Of a DNA stretch of 38,473 nucleotides, positions 7,615 through 13,661 are shown in pieces. This DNA is from a virus. The notes below the pieces were generated by a model. The model was not told the origin of the DNA. It searched no databases and was given only the letters and a program-made list of their open reading frames with translations. The first letter of the stretch is position 1; every line of letters begins with the position of its first letter. Position numbers and translations under genes: made by a program. Location: the IMG/VR virus record IMGVR_UViG_3300032893_000164, positions 1-38,473 of that record; one strand, 5' to 3'.

Positions 7615-7941
7615 TTAGCCGTCGCCGTCGCCGTCGCCGGAGCCGGAGCCGGAGCCGTAGCCGTCGCCGTCGCCGTCGCCGGAGCCGGAGCCGGAGCCGT
7701 AGCCGTCGCCGTCGCCGTCGCCGGAGCCGGAGCCGGAGCCGTAGCCGGAGCCGTAGCCGTAGCCGGAGCCGTCGCCGGAGCCTACGCCGTCGCCGGAGCC
7801 GGAGCCGTCGCCGTAGCCGTCGCCGTAGCCGGAGCCGGAGCCGTAGCCGTAGCCGGAGCCGTAGCCGTAGCCGTAGCCGTAGCCGGAGCCGTAGCCGTCG
7901 CCGGAGCCTACGCCGTCGCCGGAGCCTCGTTGCTCATTCAT
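7615..7941 (-). CDS. (Gly-X)51 dipeptide-repeat acidic low-complexity protein (108 aa)
   Basis: ATG at 7941 overlaps the stop of the upstream gene (ATGA). MNEQR is followed by strictly alternating G-[S/D/Y/V] up to the TAA at 7615-7617. Same strand as the whole operon. Confidence 0.6.
   Translation of the reverse strand: MNEQRGSGDGVGSGDGYGSGYGYGYGYGSGYGYGSGSGYGDGYGDGSGSGDGVGSGDGSGYGYGSGYGSGSGSGDGDGDGYGSGSGSGDGDGDGYGSGSGSGDGDGDG
7618..7743. repeat. Three base-perfect 42-bp tandem repeats
   Basis: gccgtcgccgtcgccgtcgccggagccggagccggagccgta occurs three times (7618-7659, 7660-7701, 7702-7743). Encodes YGSGSGSGDGDGDG x3 on the minus strand. Confidence 0.95.
7618..7926. repeat. Trinucleotide-periodic GC-rich array (GCC alternating with GTC/GGA/GTA)
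   Basis: About 309 nt built only from the units gcc-gtc, gcc-gga, gcc-gta (plus two gcc-tac). Confidence 0.95.
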
Positions 7942-8390
7942 GAAATCACCTCTTCCCATCCGAGAACGGACAGTAATTTATCCCCCCACTCTCTCGAAAC
8001 GATGTTCTTAATATCGTCGGCGGTCATGGGCGACTCATCCCGATTGGCCTGTTTCAGTGCCAACCTACATCCGGCGGCACATGCCCCAGTGAGAAGGCGA
8101 AACTCATTGAGCGTAAACTTATGAGTCCGTCCTATTTTTTTGATCGATTCGCGAAGGGCTTCCATAGAGGGGCGCCGTGTTGGATCTTTCCAAAGTGCAT
8201 CCGCCACGGCGCTTGCGATGGTATCACCGTGAGCGCACCAATGGGTTCCGGCTAACGTAACGAAAAACCGCCTCTTCCCGCTTGAAAGCTTATAAATCTC
8301 AACCGTATGTCCATCGGAGGTTTGGCTGATGCGGATAGGCCCAATGATGTCTTCCATTAGCCCATCACGGTAAAGCTTTCTCACCTTCAT
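7938..8390 (-). CDS. Hypothetical protein (150 aa; HWCAHGDT and LLTGACAAGC motifs)
   Basis: Start at the internal ATG 8390, just after the upstream stop. Globular-looking composition. Confidence 0.7.
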   Translation of the reverse strand: MKVRKLYRDGLMEDIIGPIRISQTSDGHTVEIYKLSSGKRRFFVTLAGTHWCAHGDTIASAVADALWKDPTRRPSMEALRESIKKIGRTHKFTLNEFRLLTGACAAGCRLALKQANRDESPMTADDIKNIVSREWGDKLLSVLGWEEVIS

Positions 8391-8394
8391 CGAG

Positions 8395-8709
8395 TTAGTT
8401 CTTCCAATCTTGAATAGACTTGAAAGCTTCATCGGTCATCTCCGCAAGCTCGAGACCATTTGGATTGATAATGGTTACAGATGGAAGCTTGGCGCCGATA
8501 GAATGTCCGCCATTGGGTTTGAGACCGTTTGCCGCGACGTCGCTGATGGAACCGGACTTATCCCTCGTATAAAATCGCCAGAGCCGATAAGCATTATTGA
8601 GTGTCACCATTTGTGTGGCCGGATCAAACTCGGAAACTACACCGGCGTGAACTCCGGCTACATTGCCCCTCACAATTACCTTTTTCCCAATCATTTTATT
8701 ATTTGCCAT
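8395..8709 (-). CDS. Hypothetical conserved-looking phage protein (104 aa)
   Basis: Start MANNKMIGKKVIVR at 8709 with a GAAAGG SD. The pattern VIVR..AGVHAG...L.NA.RLW.F....S.S..A..G recalls a widespread phage family of unknown function. Confidence 0.7.
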   Translation of the reverse strand: MANNKMIGKKVIVRGNVAGVHAGVVSEFDPATQMVTLNNAYRLWRFYTRDKSGSISDVAANGLKPNGGHSIGAKLPSVTIINPNGLELAEMTDEAFKSIQDWKN

Positions 8710-8748
8710 ATTTACCTTTCTGTTTTTATCAAACCCTTTGCGCACTCT

Positions 8749-9534
8749 TCACGACTTTGCTTTCTTCTTTGTTTTCCCTTTCGCACGAATCGCACAGGCC
8801 TCTTTGAGGCTAGCGAGAGAGGAATCCCAAATCTTCGATTTGATCTCTCGCCAAAACACCGCTTTCGACGAGGCATCGGCGGCGGAGGCGGCGGCGTAGG
8901 CGGAGGCGGCGGCGGAGGCGTAGGCGTAGGCGGCGTCGGCGGCTCCGGCGACGGCGGAGGCGTAGGCGGCGTCGGCGGAGGCGGCGGAGGCGTAGGCGGC
9001 GGCGTAGGCGGAGGCGGCGGCGGCGGAGGCGGCGGCGGCGGAGGCGTAGGCGGCGTAGGCGGCGTAGGCAGCGGCGGAGGCAGCGGCGAGCCTCGCTCGC
9101 ATCGCCTCTCTCATTTTGGGCTTCAATTCAAGACAGAAGGCGCGCATTTCAGTCCACTCGCCAAATTTGAACTGACGAAGCGTTTTTGCTTCCGACTTCA
9201 AATCGAGCGCATCCGCCAAAATTGGAAGCGTCTTCGTGATGGAGTGATGAACCAAAAATTCGGTGCGCTCCCTGTGCTTGCCGTCTCGAGTTCCTATGAG
9301 TTTCGGGATCAATGGCTTAAGCTTTTGTCTTGATTCGTCATCCATTTGGTCATTCAGTCGAATCGCGTATTGAGTTAAGGCGGGGCATGCACACTCGGGA
9401 TGATCCGAAAATCCACCGCTGGTCACATAATCCACAGCTTGCATGACGCAAACCTGCCCGCTTAGTTCCTTTCCGGTTCCGGCGCGAAGCCTGAGTTTCT
9501 TGATCTCTTTCCATCGCTCCTGATTAATTTCCAC
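8749..9534 (-). CDS. Protein with a Cys/His-containing N-domain and a ~72-aa Ala-rich (A/S/Y/D) low-complexity tract
   Basis: GTG at 9534 sits 7 nt after AGGAGA (the ORF-track start at 9555 is TTG). N-domain contains CVMQAVDYVTSGGFSDHPECACPALTQYAIRLND. The tract is AAASAAAYAAYAAYASAAAASAAAASAYAAAYASAASADAAYASAVAGAADAAYAYASAAASAYAAASAADA. Confidence 0.7.
   Translation of the reverse strand: MEINQERWKEIKKLRLRAGTGKELSGQVCVMQAVDYVTSGGFSDHPECACPALTQYAIRLNDQMDDESRQKLKPLIPKLIGTRDGKHRERTEFLVHHSITKTLPILADALDLKSEAKTLRQFKFGEWTEMRAFCLELKPKMREAMRARLAAASAAAYAAYAAYASAAAASAAAASAYAAAYASAASADAAYASAVAGAADAAYAYASAAASAYAAASAADASSKAVFWREIKSKIWDSSLASLKEACAIRAKGKTKKKAKS
8872..9088. repeat. Trinucleotide-periodic GC-rich array (GGC with GGA/GTA/GTC guests)
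   Basis: About 215 nt of ggc-ggc-gga-ggc-gta-ggc... units; encodes the Ala-rich tract on the minus strand. Confidence 0.9.
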
Positions 9535-9625
9535 CTTCTTGTCTCCTTTTCTCAAGCATGTTCACAGTTTAAATCTCCATGACCCAACCACAGCGGCGCT
9601 CATTAAGAGAATCCAGTAAATCAAC

Positions 9626-9913
9626 TCAAGTAGTCTGCGTTTTAATTCTGATGTCATGTGGTCTTTCTCCATTGAGCGCCTCCCATGCAAGCAGCCTCAT
9701 CGCGCCTTCAGGACAGGGCTGATCCCACGGTTCTTTTGTTATGGCCTCTAGCGCGGCCCTCAGCTTGGATGTTATCTTCTCGTGCTCATTGAGTAAGTTA
9801 TTGTATGCATTCTTCCATCCCTCAAGCTCGCGTGCGCGCTCATCTTCAGCCTTAAACTTTTGATCCGCCTGCCACATCTCATGAATCATTGATGGCTTAT
9901 CAAATGCACCCAT
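9626..9913 (-). CDS. Hypothetical protein (95 aa)
   Basis: ATG is preceded by AAAGGAG. Helical, charged composition. Confidence 0.65.
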   Translation of the reverse strand: MGAFDKPSMIHEMWQADQKFKAEDERARELEGWKNAYNNLLNEHEKITSKLRAALEAITKEPWDQPCPEGAMRLLAWEALNGERPHDIRIKTQTT

Positions 9914-9945
9914 ATCAAACTCCTTTCGTCAAAAATTTACCTGGA

Positions 9946-9967
9946 CCGACTTTCAGAGCTAAGTCGG
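9946..9967 (-). terminator. Possible intra-operon hairpin / attenuator
   Basis: CCGACTT-8 nt-AAGTCGG spans the stop codon of 9959..10168. On the minus strand a T5 run follows about 9 nt downstream. Confidence 0.3.
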
Positions 9968-10168
9968 CCCGGCGAAATCAATCATGTCCTCAGTCACGGC
10001 CTTTTTGGCGGCGGCAAGAATTTGAAGCTGGGTCTTGAATGAACGCAGGATCTCGCGGCTTTGTGCGGCGATGGCGTCCGCTGTGGCCGGGTCCAGCTTG
10101 TTGTTCTTGACCTCATTCAGAGTTTCCCAAAGACGGGTCCTAAGTGTAACTGCGCTTAACTTGTCCAT
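9959..10168 (-). CDS. Hypothetical helical protein (69 aa)
   Basis: ORF on the operon strand; its 5' end overlaps the upstream gene by 29 nt. Confidence 0.55.
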   Translation of the reverse strand: MDKLSAVTLRTRLWETLNEVKNNKLDPATADAIAAQSREILRSFKTQLQILAAAKKAVTEDMIDFAGPT

Positions 10169-10673
10169 TTCGACTCCTCATCAATGCCTTGTTCAATGTC
10201 CTGTTTTGGAGTCTGATCTCGTAGGCACTCATTCGAGACCTGACCTCATCCTTGATGAGCATCGTTAAATAATGGGCCTCCCAAAAGGCCCCGAACTTCT
10301 TTTTGGCGCGGAACTTTCTGTCGTAGTCTTTCTTCTCAGCCTTGAGACCTGGCCGCTTCCAGTATTCCGCTAGATAGGCTTTCATCTTCCGCTTATATGC
10401 CGGGGTCTTGCGGATCAGTTTCATTCGCGCTTTAACGCGCTCTTTAGCAGCCCGGTACCATTCCTTTTTTTCGAGAAGCAACCGAGCGCGGTTCTTGTTC
10501 CGGTATTCGATGTCGTAAAGGCGCTTCAGTTCCTTGCGCTCGGCAACGGTCCGGTTCTTCCGCCGCGAAAGGCCGAAGCAGCGCCTATGGCACCATTTCG
10601 GTTCGCGGCCATAGTTGATGTAGCTCTGCTTGGCTTCAAACTTAGCTCCGCAGTGCTGACATTTCTTAATCAT
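10140..10673 (-). CDS. Zinc-ribbon plus highly basic (K/R-rich) protein, likely nucleic-acid binding
   Basis: N-terminal CQHCGAKF...CHRRC (CxxC...CxxxC). The remainder is very K/R-rich. The ATG directly follows the upstream TGA. Confidence 0.65.
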   Translation of the reverse strand: MIKKCQHCGAKFEAKQSYINYGREPKWCHRRCFGLSRRKNRTVAERKELKRLYDIEYRNKNRARLLLEKKEWYRAAKERVKARMKLIRKTPAYKRKMKAYLAEYWKRPGLKAEKKDYDRKFRAKKKFGAFWEAHYLTMLIKDEVRSRMSAYEIRLQNRTLNKALMRSRNGQVKRSYT

Positions 10674-11039
10674 TCATTGCTCCGCACTGCCTTTCACAGA
10701 AATAGTTTCTTTCAAAAATGGTCTGGCATGAGTTCCGGCCCAAACCTCGAGCGGTCCTGGGCCGTAATGTTGCCACAATCTCCGCTTCAGCCGCCATTCG
10801 GGAGTCTCGAATCCCTTCGCTTCGCCATAAAGTGGTTGATTCGTCTTAACATCTAAAAGTTCAAAATCCGGAACGTAGAGGATCCTAGCCGCGGTCAGAT
10901 AAATATGCGGCTCGGCTTGGACAAAAACAATTTCTTTCGCCTTTTCTCTCATTTGATAAATCCAACAAACGGCGCTTTCTAGTTTGCTTCGATGCGAATG
11001 ACCCTTGGCGCACAGAGACGCCTCATTTCCGTATTTCAT
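10674..11039 (-). CDS. DUF1064-like nuclease (PD-(D/E)xK-type)
   Basis: The pattern SKLE...Y.....I.......P...L......Y.PDF.L......Y.E.KG..T..W.LK..L matches my memory of DUF1064. 121 aa. Adjacent to the annealing-protein gene. Confidence 0.6.
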   Translation of the reverse strand: MKYGNEASLCAKGHSHRSKLESAVCWIYQMREKAKEIVFVQAEPHIYLTAARILYVPDFELLDVKTNQPLYGEAKGFETPEWRLKRRLWQHYGPGPLEVWAGTHARPFLKETISVKGSAEQ

Positions 11040-11677
11040 CGGTCTCTATCGAAGTTCGGGCTAAAGGTTTCCACCTGATCGCTTTCCATGGCGGCAATAT
11101 AGGCATAGGCGCGATCGACGAAATCCTTTACTTCGCCCGTGATGGGCTTGTTGGTCTTTTCGGCTTTTCCTTCGATATAGACGATGTAGCTTTTAAGGTC
11201 GTCAAGCTGGATTTCTTCGAGTTTTCTTTTGTTGTATTGGCCAAACGGAACGCGGTAGCCATCGTCTTTGTATATGCCATCGCCTGGCTCTGGGTTCTCT
11301 GGGTGTATTCCATAAGAACTTCCCACAGGAGAGTCGGCCAATCGACTGCCCTCATCGAGATCAGGGCTAAACTGGGTGCCAAAACCACAAAGCGCGAGAG
11401 CTCTTCCAACTGCACCCGTTTCAGCTTTTTCAGCATGATCCGAAAATCCTGCCTTGTCTTCAAACTTATGAGCAATGGCCATAATTCGTCCGGACTCATT
11501 TCGGATAATGGCTTTTGCGAACGTCTCGTCTTTTTGGCGGTTAACTTCTGTTTCAATGGACCATTCCTTTCGTTCTTCACGAAACCACACGAGCCTGTGC
11601 GCGACTTGTAGATAATCCTTCCCCTTGATGTTCATAAGGGGCAGTTCGGTCCCTGATTTCAGCTTGATTGTCTTCAT
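11036..11677 (-). CDS. Rad52/Sak-like single-strand annealing protein (putative)
   Basis: The core AEKAETGAVGRALALCGFG resembles the Rad52-family signature (x-S/T-x-A-x-x-R-A-L-x-x-x-G-x-G). 213 aa. SD GAGCAGAGGA. Confidence 0.55.
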   Translation of the reverse strand: MKTIKLKSGTELPLMNIKGKDYLQVAHRLVWFREERKEWSIETEVNRQKDETFAKAIIRNESGRIMAIAHKFEDKAGFSDHAEKAETGAVGRALALCGFGTQFSPDLDEGSRLADSPVGSSYGIHPENPEPGDGIYKDDGYRVPFGQYNKRKLEEIQLDDLKSYIVYIEGKAEKTNKPITGEVKDFVDRAYAYIAAMESDQVETFSPNFDRDR

Positions 11678-11792
11678 CTATCCTCTGCTCTAATCCACAA
11701 AAAAAGCACTCATCTGGGTTGCAAGTCATGTTTTTATGCTGCGCTTCCGCTTCAGCGAATGCTCGTTCTAGTTCCAACTCCTCTGGGTTCAT
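11577..11792 (-). CDS. Hypothetical small protein; 3' 100 nt overlap the annealing-protein gene
   Basis: ATG at 11792 overlaps the upstream stop (ATGA). The unusually long out-of-frame overlap lowers confidence. Confidence 0.4.
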   Translation of the reverse strand: MNPEELELERAFAEAEAQHKNMTCNPDECFFCGLEQRIDEDNQAEIRDRTAPYEHQGEGLSTSRAQARVVS

Positions 11793-11953
11793 ACAGCGCC
11801 GCATTCCTTCGCGTCGTCTTTCAAAATGATCTTAGCCAAAGCCGCCATCGCACCGAGATTGATGTTGACTAGGATCAATTGCGATGGGTCGGTCAAATCC
11901 AATTCTGCGGTCTTGACGGCGAGTTCGGCAAGTGATTGCGCGTGCGTTTTCAT
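11789..11953 (-). CDS. Hypothetical small protein (54 aa)
   Basis: Internal ATG at 11953 is preceded by AGGAAAGGGGAGA. Confidence 0.45.
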   Translation of the reverse strand: MKTHAQSLAELAVKTAELDLTDPSQLILVNINLGAMAALAKIILKDDAKECGAV

Positions 11954-12015
11954 ATCTCCCCTTTCCTGGGATTTATTCAAAGTAAGTTCTCTTCGCAACC
12001 ATTCAAGTATGAATG

Positions 12016-12297
12016 TTAAGCAACAATTTTAGGGACAATTCTCACTGTTTTATAGGTTGTGGTTTTGACGAGGTCGTGCTTGGCGAGTTCCTCGAGCGAG
12101 TAGAACTTGGTCACTTCTTTCATGCCGGCGAGAGACTGGCGCGTGACTTCGGCCACGTCTACCAGGAAATCCTTCGTCGAGAACGGCCCAAATTCCTTCG
12201 CAGCGGCCTTGATCTCGGCCAACTCCTCAGATGTCTTTCTAATGATTTCTTCCAATTGTGCGGCTCTCTTTAACATTTTATTCGTCGGTTTTTTCAT
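12016..12297 (-). CDS. First gene of the leftward operon, helical protein (93 aa)
   Basis: Start at MKKPTNKMLKRAAQ (12297). The 46 codons upstream in the ORF track are R/C-rich and look non-coding. Confidence 0.6.
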   Translation of the reverse strand: MKKPTNKMLKRAAQLEEIIRKTSEELAEIKAAAKEFGPFSTKDFLVDVAEVTRQSLAGMKEVTKFYSLEELAKHDLVKTTTYKTVRIVPKIVA

Positions 12298-12309
12298 TTG
12301 ATCAACCAG

Positions 12310-12326
12310 CCTTTCATACTGAAAGG
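12310..12326 (-). promoter_or_regulatory. 7-3-7 inverted repeat over the SD-like GAAAGG of the first leftward gene
   Basis: CCTTTCA-tac-TGAAAGG, 12 nt upstream of the ATG at 12297. Confidence 0.35.
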
Positions 12327-12494
12327 GAATGCATGCAGTATGCCGACGCGCGTCAAGGCTATATCGAATCTGGGGCGATAAAGCTGTGTAAAAAGTAGTC
12401 ACTCGCCTAAAACTTCTACAGCGCTCCGCGCACAATCTGGTGGAAATGCGAAGTTATGCACTAAGCTCTAGTAATCATTTGCATTAATTTCTAA

Positions 12495-12511
12495 TTGAGA
12501 ATGATTCTCAA
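12495..12511. promoter_or_regulatory. Perfect 8-1-8 palindrome, operator candidate (Fur-family-like 7-1-7 core)
   Basis: TTGAGAAT-G-ATTCTCAA. On the minus strand it is flanked by TTGATT (-35-like) and TAGAAA (-10-like), so it would fill the promoter spacer. Confidence 0.5.
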
Positions 12512-12566
12512 AATCAAATACGAATTGTTTTGGAAATTGCGTAAATTTTCTTGTAACCCCTTAGAA

Positions 12567-12582
12567 ATCCCCGAAAGGGGAT
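12567..12582 (+). other. Hairpin with GAAA tetraloop, followed by CGTCGTTT
   Basis: ATCCCC-GAAA-GGGGAT; the motif CGTCGTTT is at 12585-12592. Confidence 0.5.
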
Positions 12583-12606
12583 CGCGTCGTTTGTCTTTGG
12601 TTCCCA

Positions 12607-12631
12607 GGGGCTGAAATTACATGAAAGCCCC
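12607..12631 (+). other. Hairpin (6-bp stem, 13-nt loop), followed by CGTCGTTT
   Basis: GGGGCT-13 nt-AGCCCC; the motif CGTCGTTT is at 12641-12648. Confidence 0.4.
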
Positions 12632-12657
12632 CTTCCTCCCCGTCGTTTCCATCTCCA

Positions 12658-12685
12658 TTGAACTTTTACAAGCATTGGCTACAAT
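12658..12685 (+). promoter_or_regulatory. Sigma70-like rightward promoter candidate
   Basis: TTGAAC (12658-63), 16-nt spacer, TACAAT (12680-85). About 65 nt upstream of the first rightward ATG. Confidence 0.4.
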
Positions 12686-12751
12686 AAAGTAAATAGGCAG
12701 TACGGCGCACATCGGAACCACTAATCTTCGTTTTCGGGCGGAGTGTATCAA

Positions 12752-12961
12752 ATGGATGACCGATTCAATTCTGACTCGACCGTCTATAAGAAACCCGATG
12801 AATTCCCTTCATGGAAGGAATCGTTTACGGTCTTGGAGTATTTTCAAAAGGCGTTCTCTCTCGGTCAGCAAAATCACCGCTGTGTTCAAAACATGAGAAA
12901 GTTTTTCCCTCGAACTTATGAGGAAGCGGAAAGGCTTGCTTTTAAGACGATGCCACTTTAG
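12752..12961 (+). CDS. Hypothetical protein (69 aa), first rightward gene
   Basis: ATG at 12752 sits 8 nt after GGCGGAG (the ORF-track start at 12743 is GTG). Confidence 0.5.
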   Translation: MDDRFNSDSTVYKKPDEFPSWKESFTVLEYFQKAFSLGQQNHRCVQNMRKFFPRTYEEAERLAFKTMPL

Positions 12962-12971
12962 CGTTTGTTGC

Positions 12972-13283
12972 ATGAGACTTGTTCAGTTCATCAACAACCG
13001 CACCGAAGAACTCATGCACGACCAGGAGGAAATCAAAACCTACTCGCTGGCGAGGGATGCGGAAGGTGAAGCGCTTCGTTCTTTTCTTCGAATGACTCGT
13101 TCAGCGCTTCAGTTCTTCATGCTGTTTAAAATTTTCTTTCACTATCTCGCCGTGAAGTGCGGACTCGTTTCTGCGCCTGGTGCGCCGCTTGCTCAAAAAA
13201 AGATTGACGAGCACAATAAAAAACTGAAAAAGCTTGGAATGAAAGACTTGAAAATGGTGACGGGGGAGAAATCGAATGCCTAG
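12972..13283 (+). CDS. Hypothetical protein (103 aa)
   Basis: The internal ATG at 12972 avoids overlap with the previous gene. Confidence 0.5.
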   Translation: MRLVQFINNRTEELMHDQEEIKTYSLARDAEGEALRSFLRMTRSALQFFMLFKIFFHYLAVKCGLVSAPGAPLAQKKIDEHNKKLKKLGMKDLKMVTGEKSNA

Positions 13284-13464
13284 GACGCCTGAAGAGATTA
13301 ACCAGGAGTTCGCTAATACATGTGCCGCTCTCGGCGACAGCTATCATCAGCGGGACGTTGTACTGCCCGAAAAGATCTCTCGCTTGGTTGAAAAGGTTTC
13401 TGATCTTAGAAAAGAACATGCAGAAGCAGTCAAGGCGCAGGAACAGGCGAAGGCCGTCCAGTGA
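13276..13464 (+). CDS. Hypothetical helical protein (62 aa)
   Basis: SD GGGGGAGA upstream; chained by short overlaps to its neighbours. Confidence 0.55.
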   Translation: MPRTPEEINQEFANTCAALGDSYHQRDVVLPEKISRLVEKVSDLRKEHAEAVKAQEQAKAVQ

Positions 13465-13661
13465 GCGAAAAAGACTGGAAGCGCGAGAGGATTTGGCAGA
13501 CGCTCGAGAGCCATTATCCTGACGAGATCAAACTGATCCACCAGATGCAGCACAAGGACATGAAGCTGTTTGGCAAGATTCAGCCGGCGACTGATAAGAA
13601 ACTCGATGAGCTCATGGACCGTGTCGTGAGAGACAATAAGCGCCGCAGGGGGGAAATTTAA
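13461..13661 (+). CDS. Hypothetical protein (66 aa)
   Basis: GTGA/ATGT-type coupling with the flanking genes. Confidence 0.55.
   Translation: MSEKDWKRERIWQTLESHYPDEIKLIHQMQHKDMKLFGKIQPATDKKLDELMDRVVRDNKRRRGEI

Larger units (their letters stand above)
12298..12742. promoter_or_regulatory. Divergent control region (largest non-coding stretch; AT-rich core 12470..12560)
   Basis: Separates the first leftward gene (12297) from the first rightward gene (12752). Contains the palindrome, hairpins and promoter-like hexamers listed separately. Confidence 0.7.

Noticed and set aside
7512-7943. Plus-strand ORF encoding an Arg/Ser (RRRRSRSRS...) protamine- or SR-like protein
   Set aside because: It is the antisense reading of the GCC-NNN triplet array. 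It starts inside, and antisense to, the DUF3307-like gene and has no SD. It also runs against a tightly coupled minus-strand operon, in which the Gly-X frame has an ATGA-coupled start. I kept it only as a caveat: the triplet lattice leaves several frames open.
7618-9088. CRISPR array or iteron-type repeat cluster
   Set aside because: The arrays have no repeat-spacer architecture. They are continuous 3- and 6-nt periodic tracts lying inside ORFs that stay open, and no cas genes are present.
8410-9333. Plus-strand 307-aa ORF with a poly-Gly/Val tract (GGGGGVGGGG...)
   Set aside because: It is antisense to three well-formed minus-strand genes. Its open frame is a by-product of the GGC-rich array, and the flanking parts have odd composition.
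11128-11580. Alternative-frame 150-aa minus-strand ORF inside the annealing-protein gene
   Set aside because: It is completely nested in 11036..11677, which carries the recognisable Rad52-like motif. Its translation is K/S/T-rich low complexity.
12298-12435. N-terminal 46-codon extension of the first leftward gene (ORF-track start at 12435)
   Set aside because: The extension is Cys/Arg-rich with no SD. The ATG at 12297 begins a typical helical protein and leaves the region free for promoter, operator and leader elements.
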